From: a virus
Taxonomy: Duplodnaviria; Heunggongvirae; Uroviricota; Caudoviricetes
Virus record (IMG/VR): IMGVR_UViG_2832576359_000003
Location: 26,348 to 90,347 of that record
Reading direction: 5' to 3' (one strand)
Length of the DNA stretch: 64,000 nt
Part shown: piece by piece, positions 18,656-27,379 of the stretch
How positions within the stretch are numbered: the stretch's first letter is position 1
How the letters are laid out: every line of letters begins with the position of its first letter
Program-made: the position numbers and the translations under genes
Notes under the pieces: model-generated
Databases searched by the model: none
The model's input: the letters and a program-made list of their open reading frames with translations, nothing else
Told to the model about the DNA's origin: nothing

Positions 18656-19420
18656 TTAGAAACCGCCGATGCCTTGGAATCCCTTTACGCGGCCTACAAT
18701 GACCAGCGCCTGCGACTGGCGGTAGTCGAGCGTCATCTCGGGGACCTTGCCGCTGTCCGTGGTGATGCGAATGCCCTTGTTGATGTAGTGATGCAGCCGG
18801 CGCACGCATGCTTTGTCGTCGATCACGACGAGAAACACGCCGCCATCGTCTGGAATTTCCGTATCTGCGCGATCCGCAACAATGCTGTCGTTTTGGCACA
18901 AACGCGGCCCCATTGCGCTGTCGCGCAACTTGAACGAAACAAGGTTTTCAGGATCGACACCGGTCTCGCGGATCAAGGACCCTTGAAACAGAATCTTCTC
19001 TCGGGCGCTGACTGAAACGGTCACGCCCCCCCGGGCTGCATCTGGTCTTACTTCTAGCGTTCCAATCGCCACGTTATCGTCCCACTTTAAGTCGGTAATT
19101 TCTTCTTTGTCCGACGCGGGCGATGTAGTTGTGTCCGTTGCGTCGAGTGCAGAATTATGCACCGCAACGGACTTGCTTTGAAGTGAATTTGTACTTGTTG
19201 GAAGAAAAAAATCTGCGACACGCACCTGCAATGCCGTCGCGAGAGCCTCCAACTTGGGCTGCGGCACGCCCTGTTTGCCCGTCTCAATCTTCGACAGGCT
19301 GGAGTTGCTGATTCCCGTAAGTGCCTGTACTTCCATCAATGTCAGGCCGCGTTCGAGTCGGTAGCGGCGGATCTGTGCGCCGATTTCAGCTAAGGACACG
19401 TGTGGGTACTCCCTGATCAT
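18656..19420 (-). CDS. CI-like repressor (XRE HTH + S24 LexA-like peptidase domain)
   Basis: N-terminal HTH (LTLMEVQALTGISNSSLSKIETGK). C-terminal S24 motifs (SAMGPRL Ser ... GRVKG Lys). Divergent from the cro-like gene. Confidence 0.8.
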   Translation of the reverse strand: MIREYPHVSLAEIGAQIRRYRLERGLTLMEVQALTGISNSSLSKIETGKQGVPQPKLEALATALQVRVADFFLPTSTNSLQSKSVAVHNSALDATDTTTSPASDKEEITDLKWDDNVAIGTLEVRPDAARGGVTVSVSAREKILFQGSLIRETGVDPENLVSFKLRDSAMGPRLCQNDSIVADRADTEIPDDGGVFLVVIDDKACVRRLHHYINKGIRITTDSGKVPEMTLDYRQSQALVIVGRVKGFQGIGGF

Positions 19421-19550
19421 TCAATGTATTCGGACTGCTGACTTGGTTCCGTCGGATCTGCGGTTTTCTCATGACGCATGCTTGCCATTGCGCAAAATCT
19501 GCCCTTCACGCACAATTACTGGAAATTTTCTTCGATAAAAGCAGATAGGT
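19421..19550. promoter_or_regulatory. cI/cro divergent promoter-operator region
   Basis: 130-bp intergenic region containing the palindrome TTGCGCAA and related half-sites (TGCGCAA, TCACGCA). Confidence 0.45.
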
Positions 19551-19823
19551 ATGACCGCAGCCAATCTCAGCCCGCTTCGCAAAGCTCGCGAGGCTCGGGA
19601 CCTCAGCCTCAAGGAGGTTGCGGCCGCCGTAGGCACGTTCACGGGGAATCTGTCGCGCATCGAACGCGGTTTGCACAACGCGTCACGCGACCTCGCGGCC
19701 GCGCTCGCCAAGTTTTTTGCGCCGGACATTACCGAACTTCATATCTTTTATCCTGAGCGATACGCAGATTTCTGCCCTTCGAAATCGTCTGCTTATACGA
19801 AGAAAGCAGAGATTCTGTCGTAA
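19551..19823 (+). CDS. Cro-like XRE-family HTH regulator
   Basis: HTH block LSLKEVAAAVGTFTGNLSRIERG. 90 aa, divergent from cI. Confidence 0.6.
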   Translation: MTAANLSPLRKAREARDLSLKEVAAAVGTFTGNLSRIERGLHNASRDLAAALAKFFAPDITELHIFYPERYADFCPSKSSAYTKKAEILS

Positions 19824-20059
19824 TCGTTCTTTAGGGTTGCACGATACGCATTTTTGCTCGTGATGGCAAAGAGTTCGTTCGGTTAGGCAGATGTCTTTTG
19901 CTTTTTGGTCGTTCTAAGCACCAAAAAATGACCAAAATCGGAAAAAAAGAGTGCGTTTCGCCCGGTTTCGAACAGACGTATTTCTTCGGTGCTGACTGCC
20001 TTGTCGAGCCGATCGGTCTGATGATTAACCTGTTGATTACAAAAAACAAAAAGGCCCCG

Positions 20060-20095
20060 GTGCGCGAACGCCGGGGCCTTCTTTTTGCAAACCAC
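20060..20095. terminator. Bidirectional rho-independent terminator (tR1-like)
   Basis: AAAAAGGCCCCGGtgcgcgaacgCCGGGGCCTTCTTTTT, with A/T runs on both sides of the stem. Confidence 0.6.
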
Positions 20096-20216
20096 TACAT
20101 CGAGTTAGCGTGAATTATATCCCGAAAGTTGCCTGCCAAGCAGAACGTGTTCTGCAATTTTTTGTGAACTGTGCAGATTGCAAGTCCGCGCGCCGCACCG
20201 CTTGCGCGGGGGGCGC

Positions 20217-21089
20217 ATGACGACGCACCATTTCGAGGTCGACGACGCCGTTCGATATGGCGTGAACGCCGCTGTCATTCTTCAGAATCTTCGATTCTGG
20301 ATCTTGCACAACAAGGCGAACGGGAAGCACCAGCACCAGGGCCGGACCTGGACGTTCAACAGTGCTCGCGCGTTCTCGCTGCTGTTCCCATACCTAAGTG
20401 CCGATCAGGTGAAACGCATCCTTCGCAAGCTCGTCGACGAAGGTGTTTTGCTCGCGCGCACGCTCGCTGAGGACAGTTGGGATCGAGTCAACTGGTATGC
20501 GTTCGATGATGAGTCGAAGCACCTTGCACAGCCCGAAACCCCCGTCGCAGCGCATGGTGCAAATTCGCCCAATGCATCGGGCGGAATCGCACCATCCATG
20601 GGGCGAAAGCGCACCGTCGATGGTGCGAAATCGCCCAATCACAAGACAGATGTAAACACAGATAAAAAACGCAGATCTAAATCTATATCGGCTGCTGCGC
20701 AGCCTGACGATGATTTCGAGCAGGCCTGGGCGCTTTATCCGAGTCGGGGCGGTGGAAATTCGAAGGCCGACGCGCTGAAGGCTTGGAAGGCGCGCATTGC
20801 TGCTGGCGACACCGCTGCGCAAATGCTCGAGGGCGTGCAGCGCTACGCGGTGTTCTGCGACAAAACAGGGAAGCTCGGCACCGAGTACGTGAAGCAGGCT
20901 AAGACGTTCTTTGGACCCTCTCGGCACTTTGCTGATGCGTGGCCTGTGCCGGTCGCCTCGGCGCCGGCCGCGCGCGACGACACGCGCTTTGCTTCTTCGC
21001 GCTCGATCGTAGGTTCGGCATCCCCTCATTCCGTAGGAGCACGCGATGACGGCAAGACCATCGACGCTGACGCTCGCTTCGTCAACTGA
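20217..21089 (+). CDS. Lambda O-like replication initiator (winged-helix N-terminus)
   Basis: N-terminal winged-HTH-like domain. Iteron repeats plus an AT-rich stretch sit inside the coding region at 20545-20700, as in lambda ori. Followed by an overlapping P-like gene. Confidence 0.45.
   Translation: MTTHHFEVDDAVRYGVNAAVILQNLRFWILHNKANGKHQHQGRTWTFNSARAFSLLFPYLSADQVKRILRKLVDEGVLLARTLAEDSWDRVNWYAFDDESKHLAQPETPVAAHGANSPNASGGIAPSMGRKRTVDGAKSPNHKTDVNTDKKRRSKSISAAAQPDDDFEQAWALYPSRGGGNSKADALKAWKARIAAGDTAAQMLEGVQRYAVFCDKTGKLGTEYVKQAKTFFGPSRHFADAWPVPVASAPAARDDTRFASSRSIVGSASPHSVGARDDGKTIDADARFVN
20545..20700 (+). repeat. Lambda-type origin inside the O-like gene: 4 iterons + AT-rich region
   Basis: GGTGCAAATTCGCCC, GGCGGAATCGCACC, GGGCGAAAGCGCACC, GGTGCGAAATCGCCC at about 20-bp spacing, then acagatgtaaacacagataaaaaacgcagatctaaatctatat. 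Confidence 0.6.
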
Positions 21090-21807
21090 GCGCGCGCCGA
21101 GCGGCGCCGATACGGGCATCGATCGGGTGTTCCTGCATCTGCATGGAATCTGGGGGCGACGCTTCGGCGATCAATTTCTCTCGGGCGACGTGGTCGACGG
21201 CGTCGACACGGGCATCGCAAGCGCGAAGCTCGTTTGGGCAGAGCGGATCCGTGCGAACGGATTGACCATCGGACAGATTCGCCGCGGCATGGCGGCGGTC
21301 GAGAAGCTGAAGCATCCCCCGTCGTGGGCGGACTTCTTGCGCGTTTGCCTGCCGCCGGCGATCGACGCCGATCGCGCGCTCTCTGAAGCCGTTGTGCAGA
21401 TGGAGCGGCGCAGGCGAGGGGAGGACCGGTGGACCGACGCATGCGTGTTTTGGGCCGCCGTGCGCGTGGGCGAATACGACATACTTTCAAAGTCGCGCGA
21501 ATGGTTGCGCCCCGTCTTCGCCGCCGCGCTCGAGGCCGTGCTCGCGCAGGGAATCGTGCCGCCCGTTCCAGAGCGCGCGCCGGCGCTCGTTGCGCCCGGC
21601 ACCGCGGTGACGGACACAGAGTCGGCGAAGGCTCGCCTCGCGTCGCTCGCGCGGACGCACCTTCAGCAGACGTCGGTTCCGGGGCTCGCGTGGGCTCAGC
21701 GCGCGCTCGAGCGCAAAGCGCGGGGCGAGCCGGTCGCTGCGAAACTCGTGCTCGACGCCGAGCGTGCGCTCGCCGCTCGCGCATCCGCGTCGAGCGGTGA
21801 GGCCTGA
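21046..21807 (+). CDS. Lambda P-like replication protein (helicase loader)
   Basis: LTIGQIRRGMAAVEKLKHPPSWADFLRVC parallels lambda P (EQVNAGMRVARRQNRPFLPSPGQFVAWC). Overlaps the end of the O-like gene as in lambda. Confidence 0.5.
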   Translation: MTARPSTLTLASSTERAPSGADTGIDRVFLHLHGIWGRRFGDQFLSGDVVDGVDTGIASAKLVWAERIRANGLTIGQIRRGMAAVEKLKHPPSWADFLRVCLPPAIDADRALSEAVVQMERRRRGEDRWTDACVFWAAVRVGEYDILSKSREWLRPVFAAALEAVLAQGIVPPVPERAPALVAPGTAVTDTESAKARLASLARTHLQQTSVPGLAWAQRALERKARGEPVAAKLVLDAERALAARASASSGEA

Positions 21808-21810
21808 AGC

Positions 21811-22317
21811 ATGACGAATAGCGTGCGCATGACACCCGAGCAATACGCCGAGCATTTGCGGAAGCGTGAGGCGCCACGTCGCGCACAAGGTCCCGCGCCC
21901 GCTGCGGTCGCGCCTGCGCTCTCCGCTGCCGATGCAAAGGTCTTGCGTGCGCACGCAGCGAACCAGGCATTCCAGGCGCTGGGCCGCTTGCCGAAAGGCA
22001 CGATGAACAAGACCGAAGGGCAGTACGCGGATTTCCTCGAGGAACAGAAGCGCATCGGCAAAGTCCTGTTCTGGAAATTCCACCCGTTCAACGTGCGCCT
22101 CGCAAACAACACGTTTTACGAGGTCGATTGGCTCGTGCTTCCTTTCGACATGGTTCTCGAGATCCATGAAACGAAGGGCGGCCGCACGACGGACAAAGGC
22201 CAATTGAAATTAAAGCTGTGCGGTGAAGTACTGCCCGTATTCCGTATGAAAAAGGTCATCAAGCAGACAAAGGCTGATGGCGGTGGTTGGCTTATCGAGG
22301 AATATTCCGCGACATGA
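21811..22317 (+). CDS. DUF1064 / VRR-NUC-like PD-(D/E)xK nuclease-fold protein
   Basis: YEVDWLVL ... LEIHETKGG fits a D...E.K nuclease-fold motif. In the nin-like region after the P-like gene. Confidence 0.4.
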   Translation: MTNSVRMTPEQYAEHLRKREAPRRAQGPAPAAVAPALSAADAKVLRAHAANQAFQALGRLPKGTMNKTEGQYADFLEEQKRIGKVLFWKFHPFNVRLANNTFYEVDWLVLPFDMVLEIHETKGGRTTDKGQLKLKLCGEVLPVFRMKKVIKQTKADGGGWLIEEYSAT

Positions 22318-22529
22318 GTGCCCAAGCGATACCGATACATACCGATTGGCGCGTGCGGCGCGCGATCGCTGCGATCAATGCCGACGATTCGTGGGACTTT
22401 GCCGTGTATGCGGCCGAGTTCGAATGCGACGAGGAAGAGGCGATCGAAATATTTTTTCGCGCCGCGCGTGTGCTCGGCGTCCGGTTCCGCGTAGTGGAGG
22501 ACCGGCCGCGCTCAGCCCTATTGCACTGA
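22314..22529 (+). CDS. Hypothetical small protein
   Basis: ATGA overlap with the upstream gene. 71 aa, acidic. Confidence 0.3.
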   Translation: MSAQAIPIHTDWRVRRAIAAINADDSWDFAVYAAEFECDEEEAIEIFFRAARVLGVRFRVVEDRPRSALLH

Positions 22530-22554
22530 CCTACCTCTTCGACGACGGTGTCCT

Positions 22555-23136
22555 ATGGCAGCGAAACCCGATTTCCCCGTGACGTATTTCGAGCAAGAGG
22601 GCGCGCCTGGCAAGTACTTCGCGTGCGCGCACTATGGGACGATGAGTGTGAATGCATGCGCGCGAAATTTCACCGACGCGCCGCACTCTGTTAAGCAAGG
22701 GCGCCTGCAGCGATGCATCGGGTGCTCGGTCGGTGCCACGCATGCGGGAGTCGATGCTCCGCCCGCGGCGAGCCCACCGTCTTCATCGATCGTCTATCGG
22801 CCGGCGTGCGTGCGCTGCCGGCGCGACGGCCGCACGCAAGGGTCGCGGCTCGTCGGCCGCATGCGTCTCGTGCGCGGCGGCACGATTTGCGTCTCGTGTT
22901 TCAACCGCGAGAAGGAGGTTGTCTCCGGCGCAAACGCGAAGGGTGCGAAGCCTCGCAAGTGGTCGGGCCTCTTCTTCTCGTCTGTGACGTACGTGACCTG
23001 GTCGCGCGCTGTCGTTCAAGTTCACCCGGACCCGGTCGTCGATCGCATCGAGCTCGCATTGACGATGCTTCGCCGCGGTCATGAGCGGGGCGTCGCCTGG
23101 TCACGGCCGCCGGTTCTGATTCCGCTGGAGGCATAG
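22555..23136 (+). CDS. Hypothetical Cys-rich protein
   Basis: 193 aa with several CxxC pairs (CIGCSVG, CVRCRRDG, CVSCF). Confidence 0.4.
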   Translation: MAAKPDFPVTYFEQEGAPGKYFACAHYGTMSVNACARNFTDAPHSVKQGRLQRCIGCSVGATHAGVDAPPAASPPSSSIVYRPACVRCRRDGRTQGSRLVGRMRLVRGGTICVSCFNREKEVVSGANAKGAKPRKWSGLFFSSVTYVTWSRAVVQVHPDPVVDRIELALTMLRRGHERGVAWSRPPVLIPLEA

Positions 23137-23138
23137 CG

Positions 23139-23534
23139 ATGCTCGTCCAGTTCGACCTGTTCGGAGCAGATGATCCGTCCGACGAGCAGCCTGCCGACGG
23201 CAAGCCTTTGCGCAAATCGCGGGGCGCGAGCGGATGGCGTCTTGCCGATCATTGCTGTCGATACTGCTTCGGCCGCGTGCTCGAGCAAGTTGCCAAGGGC
23301 GTCGTGATTGAGGTTCGATGCGCCGAGTGCGGGCAGCGCGCGGCCGGCGGGGCGGAGCTGCTCTGCTGCTGCGGCGCCGACTGCGGCGAACTCGGCCAAT
23401 TGCTCGTGTGCGTGAAGAACCCGTGCGTCACGCCTGAGGTCCCCCACGAAATTCTCGTGCGCGAACGGCGCCGGCCGGAAAAGACGGAGCGCGACGCCGC
23501 GCCGATCCGCCCGGTCAAGATCTCTGGTTTCTGA
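23139..23534 (+). CDS. Hypothetical Cys-rich protein
   Basis: 131 aa with CCRYC, CAEC and CCCGADCG clusters. Confidence 0.35.
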   Translation: MLVQFDLFGADDPSDEQPADGKPLRKSRGASGWRLADHCCRYCFGRVLEQVAKGVVIEVRCAECGQRAAGGAELLCCCGADCGELGQLLVCVKNPCVTPEVPHEILVRERRRPEKTERDAAPIRPVKISGF

Positions 23535-23699
23535 ATTCTTCCTTAATCGAAAATAAATTCTGCGTTAAACGCATATTTTCGAGGAATGGGGATAGAATCC
23601 TTCCTGCGTTCGGTGCAGCAATGGCCGGAACGAATCTCTCGGTCGGTCGTGACAAGAGACTCGGTTTTATCGGGTCTCGTGTTCGTACTTACGGAGAGG

Positions 23700-23996
23700 A
23701 TGGAAGTGAGGAAGAAAGAATTTGTCGCCGCCGTCGCTGCGGCCTCGTCGCTTACCGCCGCGCAGGTTTCCCGCGCGCTGAAAGCGCTCGAGGAGGTCTC
23801 GGCCAATCACATCAAGGATTTCGGATCGGTGCAGGTCCCCGGGCTTGTGACGATCAAGCGCATGCCGGTCGAGGAACGTGTGCGGCAAAAGCCCAGCACC
23901 CGTGAATCGTTCGTGGCGCCGGCCTCGGTGCTCGTGAAAGCGAAGCCCGTACCGCGCTTCAGCAAGCGTATCAAGGCTGAGAACGTACCTGCTTGA
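23700..23996 (+). CDS. HU/IHF-family DNA-binding protein
   Basis: MEVRKKEFVAAVAAASSLTAAQVSRALKALEEV...VQVPGLVTIKRMPVEERVRQKP shows the HU fold pattern. Start chosen at the internal Met of the longer ORF. Confidence 0.6.
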   Translation: MEVRKKEFVAAVAAASSLTAAQVSRALKALEEVSANHIKDFGSVQVPGLVTIKRMPVEERVRQKPSTRESFVAPASVLVKAKPVPRFSKRIKAENVPA

Positions 23997-24307
23997 TGCG
24001 TGACGGCCGCCAAGCCGGCAGTGGCGGCAGTAACGCCGGCAGATGCGTACGCGGCACGGGCGGCTAGGCCCTCCGGGATTCGACACGCGCAAGCGTGTGC
24101 GGCGGGGCGCATCGGACACCGGGAAAGACTGGGCAACTGATCAATTTTGCGGGGTAGGGAATGTCGAGCGTGTCGTGGTCGCCTCTTGCATGGCTCCGGG
24201 CTCTGTTCCGGTTTATCGCGCGTCGCGGCGACGGCTCGCAAGCATCTCCCGCCTCGTTGGCGTTTCAATTCAACCTGCCTGACGGCAACCTTTTAAGGGG
24301 TACGACG

Positions 24308-24880
24308 ATGGATCTGCAACTCAAAGACGACGCACAAGCGCAACAGTATTCGGTGGTCCTGAAGGACAAGGCCGGCAACGTCGCGGCGGCAACGGGCGAG
24401 CTGACGGTGTCGGTGTCGGATTCGACGGTGGTTACCGCGACGCTGTCGGCCGATGGTTCGACGGTCGCGATCGCGCCGGGCAAGATCGGTTCGGCTGTCG
24501 TTACGGTGTCGGACGCGGCAGACGAACTGTCGGCGTCGATCAACGTCACGGTGACCGCTGGCACGCCGGCTTCGATCGAACTGGACCCGGTGGCGGCCGA
24601 CACGTCGACCGCGTCGAGCACGGACGCTTCGACCACGGCGGCGAGCACGTCGACGGATGCAACGAGCACGGCCTCGACCGCCGATACCGCGTCGTCGACG
24701 GATGCCACGACGGCGCCGGCTGCTGGTACCGATTCGAGCGCCGATGCAACGGACGCGTCGTCGGCCGATGCGTCGACCGCCACGGATGCGTCGACGGATA
24801 GCGCCGCCTCAACCTCGGATGCAACGACGGACGCGGCCGCGGCCGCCGACGAGACCGCTGCCGACGCGACGGCGCAGTAA
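24308..24880 (+). CDS. Ig-like domain protein with Ser/Thr/Asp/Ala-rich low-complexity tail
   Basis: N-terminal beta-rich stretch (TVSVSDSTVVTATLSADGSTVAIAPGKIGSAVVTVSD) then about 100 aa of STDA-rich sequence. Confidence 0.4.
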   Translation: MDLQLKDDAQAQQYSVVLKDKAGNVAAATGELTVSVSDSTVVTATLSADGSTVAIAPGKIGSAVVTVSDAADELSASINVTVTAGTPASIELDPVAADTSTASSTDASTTAASTSTDATSTASTADTASSTDATTAPAAGTDSSADATDASSADASTATDASTDSAASTSDATTDAAAAADETAADATAQ

Positions 24881-25028
24881 AGCGGTGAAGGGAAGGCGCT
24901 CGCACGCGCGGGCGTCTTCGTTTTAAGAAGATTTGAATTGCGTTTTACGCAGAATTGTCTATGATGGCTGCATTGCATGGCGGATGAGTTGTCTGCAATG
25001 TGTATAGCTGTGTAGCAGTGTGGATATA

Positions 25029-25103
25029 CGCGGGCTTGGCCGATCGGTTAGGCGCCAGCTTCCCAAGCTGGTAATAGGCGAGTTCGATTCTCGCAGCCCG
25101 CTC
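25029..25103 (+). tRNA. tRNA-Gly (anticodon CCC), slightly noncanonical D-stem and 6-nt variable loop
   Basis: Acceptor GCGGGCT/AGCCCGC, anticodon arm CCAGC-TTCCCAA-GCTGG, T-arm GCGAG-TTCGATT-CTCGC, 3' TCCA. Confidence 0.6.
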
Positions 25104-25258
25104 CAGTATTAGTGCTTCCCGCTCGGTTGGATCGAGTGCTTGGCCCCCGGTCGGGACTCAGGGGTGCCCCTCAAGCGCCGAGGAATCGAAGAGGCCATGA
25201 CCGGCCGCTAGCAGCGCCTCGAAATAATCGTCCGCTGGCCCCGTAGGGCCAACGATTT

Positions 25259-25335
25259 GGCAGGGTGGGGAAGTTGGTCATCCCGATGGGCTCATAACCC
25301 GTAGATCGCTGGTTCGAGTCCAGCCCCTGCAACCA
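25259..25335 (+). tRNA. tRNA-Met-like (anticodon CAT) with G1-A72 mismatch
   Basis: Anticodon arm ATGGG-CTCATAA-CCCGT, T-arm GCTGG-TTCGAGT-CCAGC, encoded ACCA end. First acceptor pair mismatched. Confidence 0.5.
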
Positions 25336-25523
25336 AACTGATGGGTGGCGCAACCTCCCTGAACCGGTGACCTAAAAGTTAGGGAACTGCGCGGAGCAAC
25401 GACGGTTGCGAGTGTTCAGAAATACGGGTGTAACAGTGGTTGCTCGGGGCCGGTGACGTACACCGGCGCTGTACCCGATATGCGCATGCGATGTGTGTGC
25501 ATATCAGGTGCAGTAAGCGGTAT

Positions 25524-25600
25524 GTCGCGTTGGACTTCTGGTTGAGGTCAGCATCCTTTCAAGGTGCGTAGGTCGGGTTCGAATCCCACACGCGACACCA
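25524..25600 (+). tRNA. tRNA-like gene (possible anticodon TTC), imperfect T-stem
   Basis: 7-bp acceptor GTCGCGT/ACGCGAC with encoded ACCA. Hairpin GCATC-CTTTCAA-GGTGC. GGGTTCGAATCCC T-loop with a mismatched stem. Confidence 0.35.
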
Positions 25601-25604
25601 GTTT

Positions 25605-25683
25605 CGCTGGGTAGCTCAAGCGGTAGAGCGTTCTCTCTCCAGAGAGGGGAAGGTTGGTGGTTCAAGTCCATCCCTGGCGGCCA
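25605..25683 (+). tRNA. tRNA-like gene, anticodon arm irregular
   Basis: Canonical D-arm TAGCTCAAGCGGTAGAGC and T-arm GGTGG-TTCAAGT-CCATC. Acceptor has two G-U pairs. There are 3-4 extra nt around the anticodon arm, so the anticodon is ambiguous. Confidence 0.35.
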
Positions 25684-25915
25684 GCGGTTCCTTGTTGTGC
25701 TTCGGTGCGGTGCCAGCCATAACATCGGCTGGGTGGAGGGTCGGGGCCGCTACCCCGACCCCTCATTTACCCATCGAAGAATGTGCATGAATTGCAACTA
25801 ACGCCCAAGCATGCTCGTCTCTCGGCGAGCGCTTCGCGGTGGTTGCGCAATGGTTGGGTGGCCGGGGCGATATCCCTTTGTGTCCGCGCGCAAACCGCGC
25901 CTCGGCTGCTCAAAC

Positions 25916-26001
25916 CCTCTGGTCTGGATTTGCTCGCTGACGTTCTCTAAGGACCCGCTCGTTCGCTGGAGCGTCGGAGATAGAGTCCAGACCAGAGGGT
26001 G
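25916..26001. ncRNA. Structured element: 14-bp perfect inverted repeat stem-loop
   Basis: CCCTCTGGTCTGGA at 25916 and TCCAGACCAGAGGG at 25988 flank a 58-nt loop that has internal pairing potential. Lies between tRNA-like genes. Confidence 0.3.
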
Positions 26002-26019
26002 AGGGGCCGCACCCTAGCA

Positions 26020-26119
26020 GCAGCCGTAGCTCAGTCAGGTAGAGCACCCCGTCGAGGGGGAGACTGGAATTCCAGGCACGCGGCGCCGTGTGGCACGGGT
26101 TCAAATCCCGTCGGCTGCT
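26020..26119 (+). tRNA. Long tRNA-like element (about 100 nt) with extended 11-bp terminal stem and insertion
   Basis: D-arm GTAGCTCAGTCAGGTAGAGC and T-arm ACGGG-TTCAAAT-CCCGT. Terminal stem AGCAGCAGCCG/CGGCTGCTGCT. About 45-nt insert containing the palindrome CTGGAATTCCAG. Class II or intron-like, anticodon unassigned. Confidence 0.3.
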
Positions 26120-26556
26120 GCTAGGGCGACAAGGGGCCTCGCGCCCTGACAGCAGAGTCTGCCGAGAACGTCGCGCGCGCGGCGCCGAGGCGAACGTCGA
26201 TGGTGTGGCCGCATCGGTAGGCGGGATCCGGGCTCTGCTGTGAGGGTGGAAGGTACGGCGGCTTCAAAAATGTGACCTCCGGTGTGCGGGTTCGAGTCCC
26301 GATCGCTGGCCGAGACTGAAGTTGGTAGACGCAGACGAAATAGCCATGTGCGAAACGTCGGAGCACGGCTGGTGTGCAGTTGGAACGCACACCCGAGGTC
26401 ACCCTCATCGAACTGCGCTTGCATCGCAGTCCACCAGTTGGCAGCGTCGGGAGACGCCCCCCGTCAGCACGAGTGCTGCGGTCTGTGTCTGATCCTATCG
26501 GGTCCATACCGCAGTAGTTTTGCATTGGTCTCCTACGGCTTCCCCGGTCGAAGGAT

Positions 26557-26590
26557 TAAAGCCCCGAATTTCGGGGCTTTTTTTTATGCT
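26557..26590. terminator. Bidirectional rho-independent terminator
   Basis: AAAGCCCCGAAatttCGGGGCTTTTTTTTTAT. Confidence 0.7.
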
Positions 26591-26793
26591 GCAGCGGTCT
26601 TGCGCGCGCGAGGCGGATAGATCCGCTTGATGCGGATGCCGGCGGCGCGCCGCGCGGCCGCGATCGTCCGATAATCCGGATTCTTGTACATCGCCTGGGG
26701 CGTGAGCCCGGCCAGGCGCGCGGCGCGGTATCCAGTGCAGCCCCCGCGCACGAGCTCGAGCGCGGTGATCATGCGATCGCTGATCGTCTTCAT
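26584..26793 (-). CDS. Small HTH DNA-binding protein
   Basis: ITALELVRGGCTGYRAARLAGLTPQAMYKN is HTH-like. Last gene of the leftward accessory block. Confidence 0.4.
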   Translation of the reverse strand: MKTISDRMITALELVRGGCTGYRAARLAGLTPQAMYKNPDYRTIAAARRAAGIRIKRIYPPRARKTAAA

Positions 26794-26800
26794 TGCGGTC

Positions 26801-27379
26801 CTATAGATGCGGGGTAAAGCAGATCGGCAGCCGATTATCGGTGCCCTTGGTCAGCGGCATGGTCGCCGGCAGGTTGAAGTTCGCGTCGAATGCCCACCAC
26901 AGCTTGTAACCATACTTCGCGCCGGCCGCGTCTGTATACGCGAAATAGCGGCCGTCGATCGTGTGCGCCTTCAGCAGGGTGAGCGTCGCGCCGTCGTGCT
27001 CGAGCGTGTCGATCACCCACTCCGTCGGGTCGTACGCGATGCCGAGCGGCCAATAGCAAAAGCCATATGCCGGGTTGCGCCACAGCCAGCGTACGCGCAG
27101 CACATACAGGTTGAAGCCCGTCGGCGTGCCCGTGCCGCTGTAGTACCAGCCGGTGGCGTTCAGGATCGACTGCCAGCGCGTCAGCGTGGTCGGCACGACG
27201 AAATAGAGGCCTTGCCAGCCGGCGTCGATCGGTGCGTCTTCCGTCTCGAACCATACGAGCCAATTCGGGAGATAGCCGTTCGACTGCACGAACAACGCGA
27301 GCCCCGGCGCGAGGAGGCACGCGAGTCCCGTGAAAATCAGATTGAGCAGCGTCGCGCCGGCGTAGCGAAGATATTTCAT
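26801..27379 (-). CDS. Hypothetical membrane protein (Trp/Tyr-rich)
   Basis: N-terminal TM (ATLLNLIFTGLACLLAPGLALFV). Start placed at MKYLRYAG. Confidence 0.4.
   Translation of the reverse strand: MKYLRYAGATLLNLIFTGLACLLAPGLALFVQSNGYLPNWLVWFETEDAPIDAGWQGLYFVVPTTLTRWQSILNATGWYYSGTGTPTGFNLYVLRVRWLWRNPAYGFCYWPLGIAYDPTEWVIDTLEHDGATLTLLKAHTIDGRYFAYTDAAGAKYGYKLWWAFDANFNLPATMPLTKGTDNRLPICFTPHL

Noticed and set aside
18137-19015. 292-aa plus-strand ORF overlapping the CI repressor gene on the opposite strand.
   Set aside because: Typical high-GC antisense artefact with Arg/Ala-rich low-complexity translation. The minus-strand CI gene has clear HTH and S24 motifs.
21026-21970. 314-aa minus-strand Arg/Ala-rich ORF overlapping the O/P-like genes.
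   Set aside because: Extreme Arg/Ala/Pro low-complexity translation typical of an antisense frame in GC-rich DNA.
24590-24880. Repetitive GAC/GCG/TCG-rich DNA considered as a noncoding repeat or mobile element.
   Set aside because: It is in-frame coding sequence for an STDA-rich low-complexity tail of the Ig-like protein.
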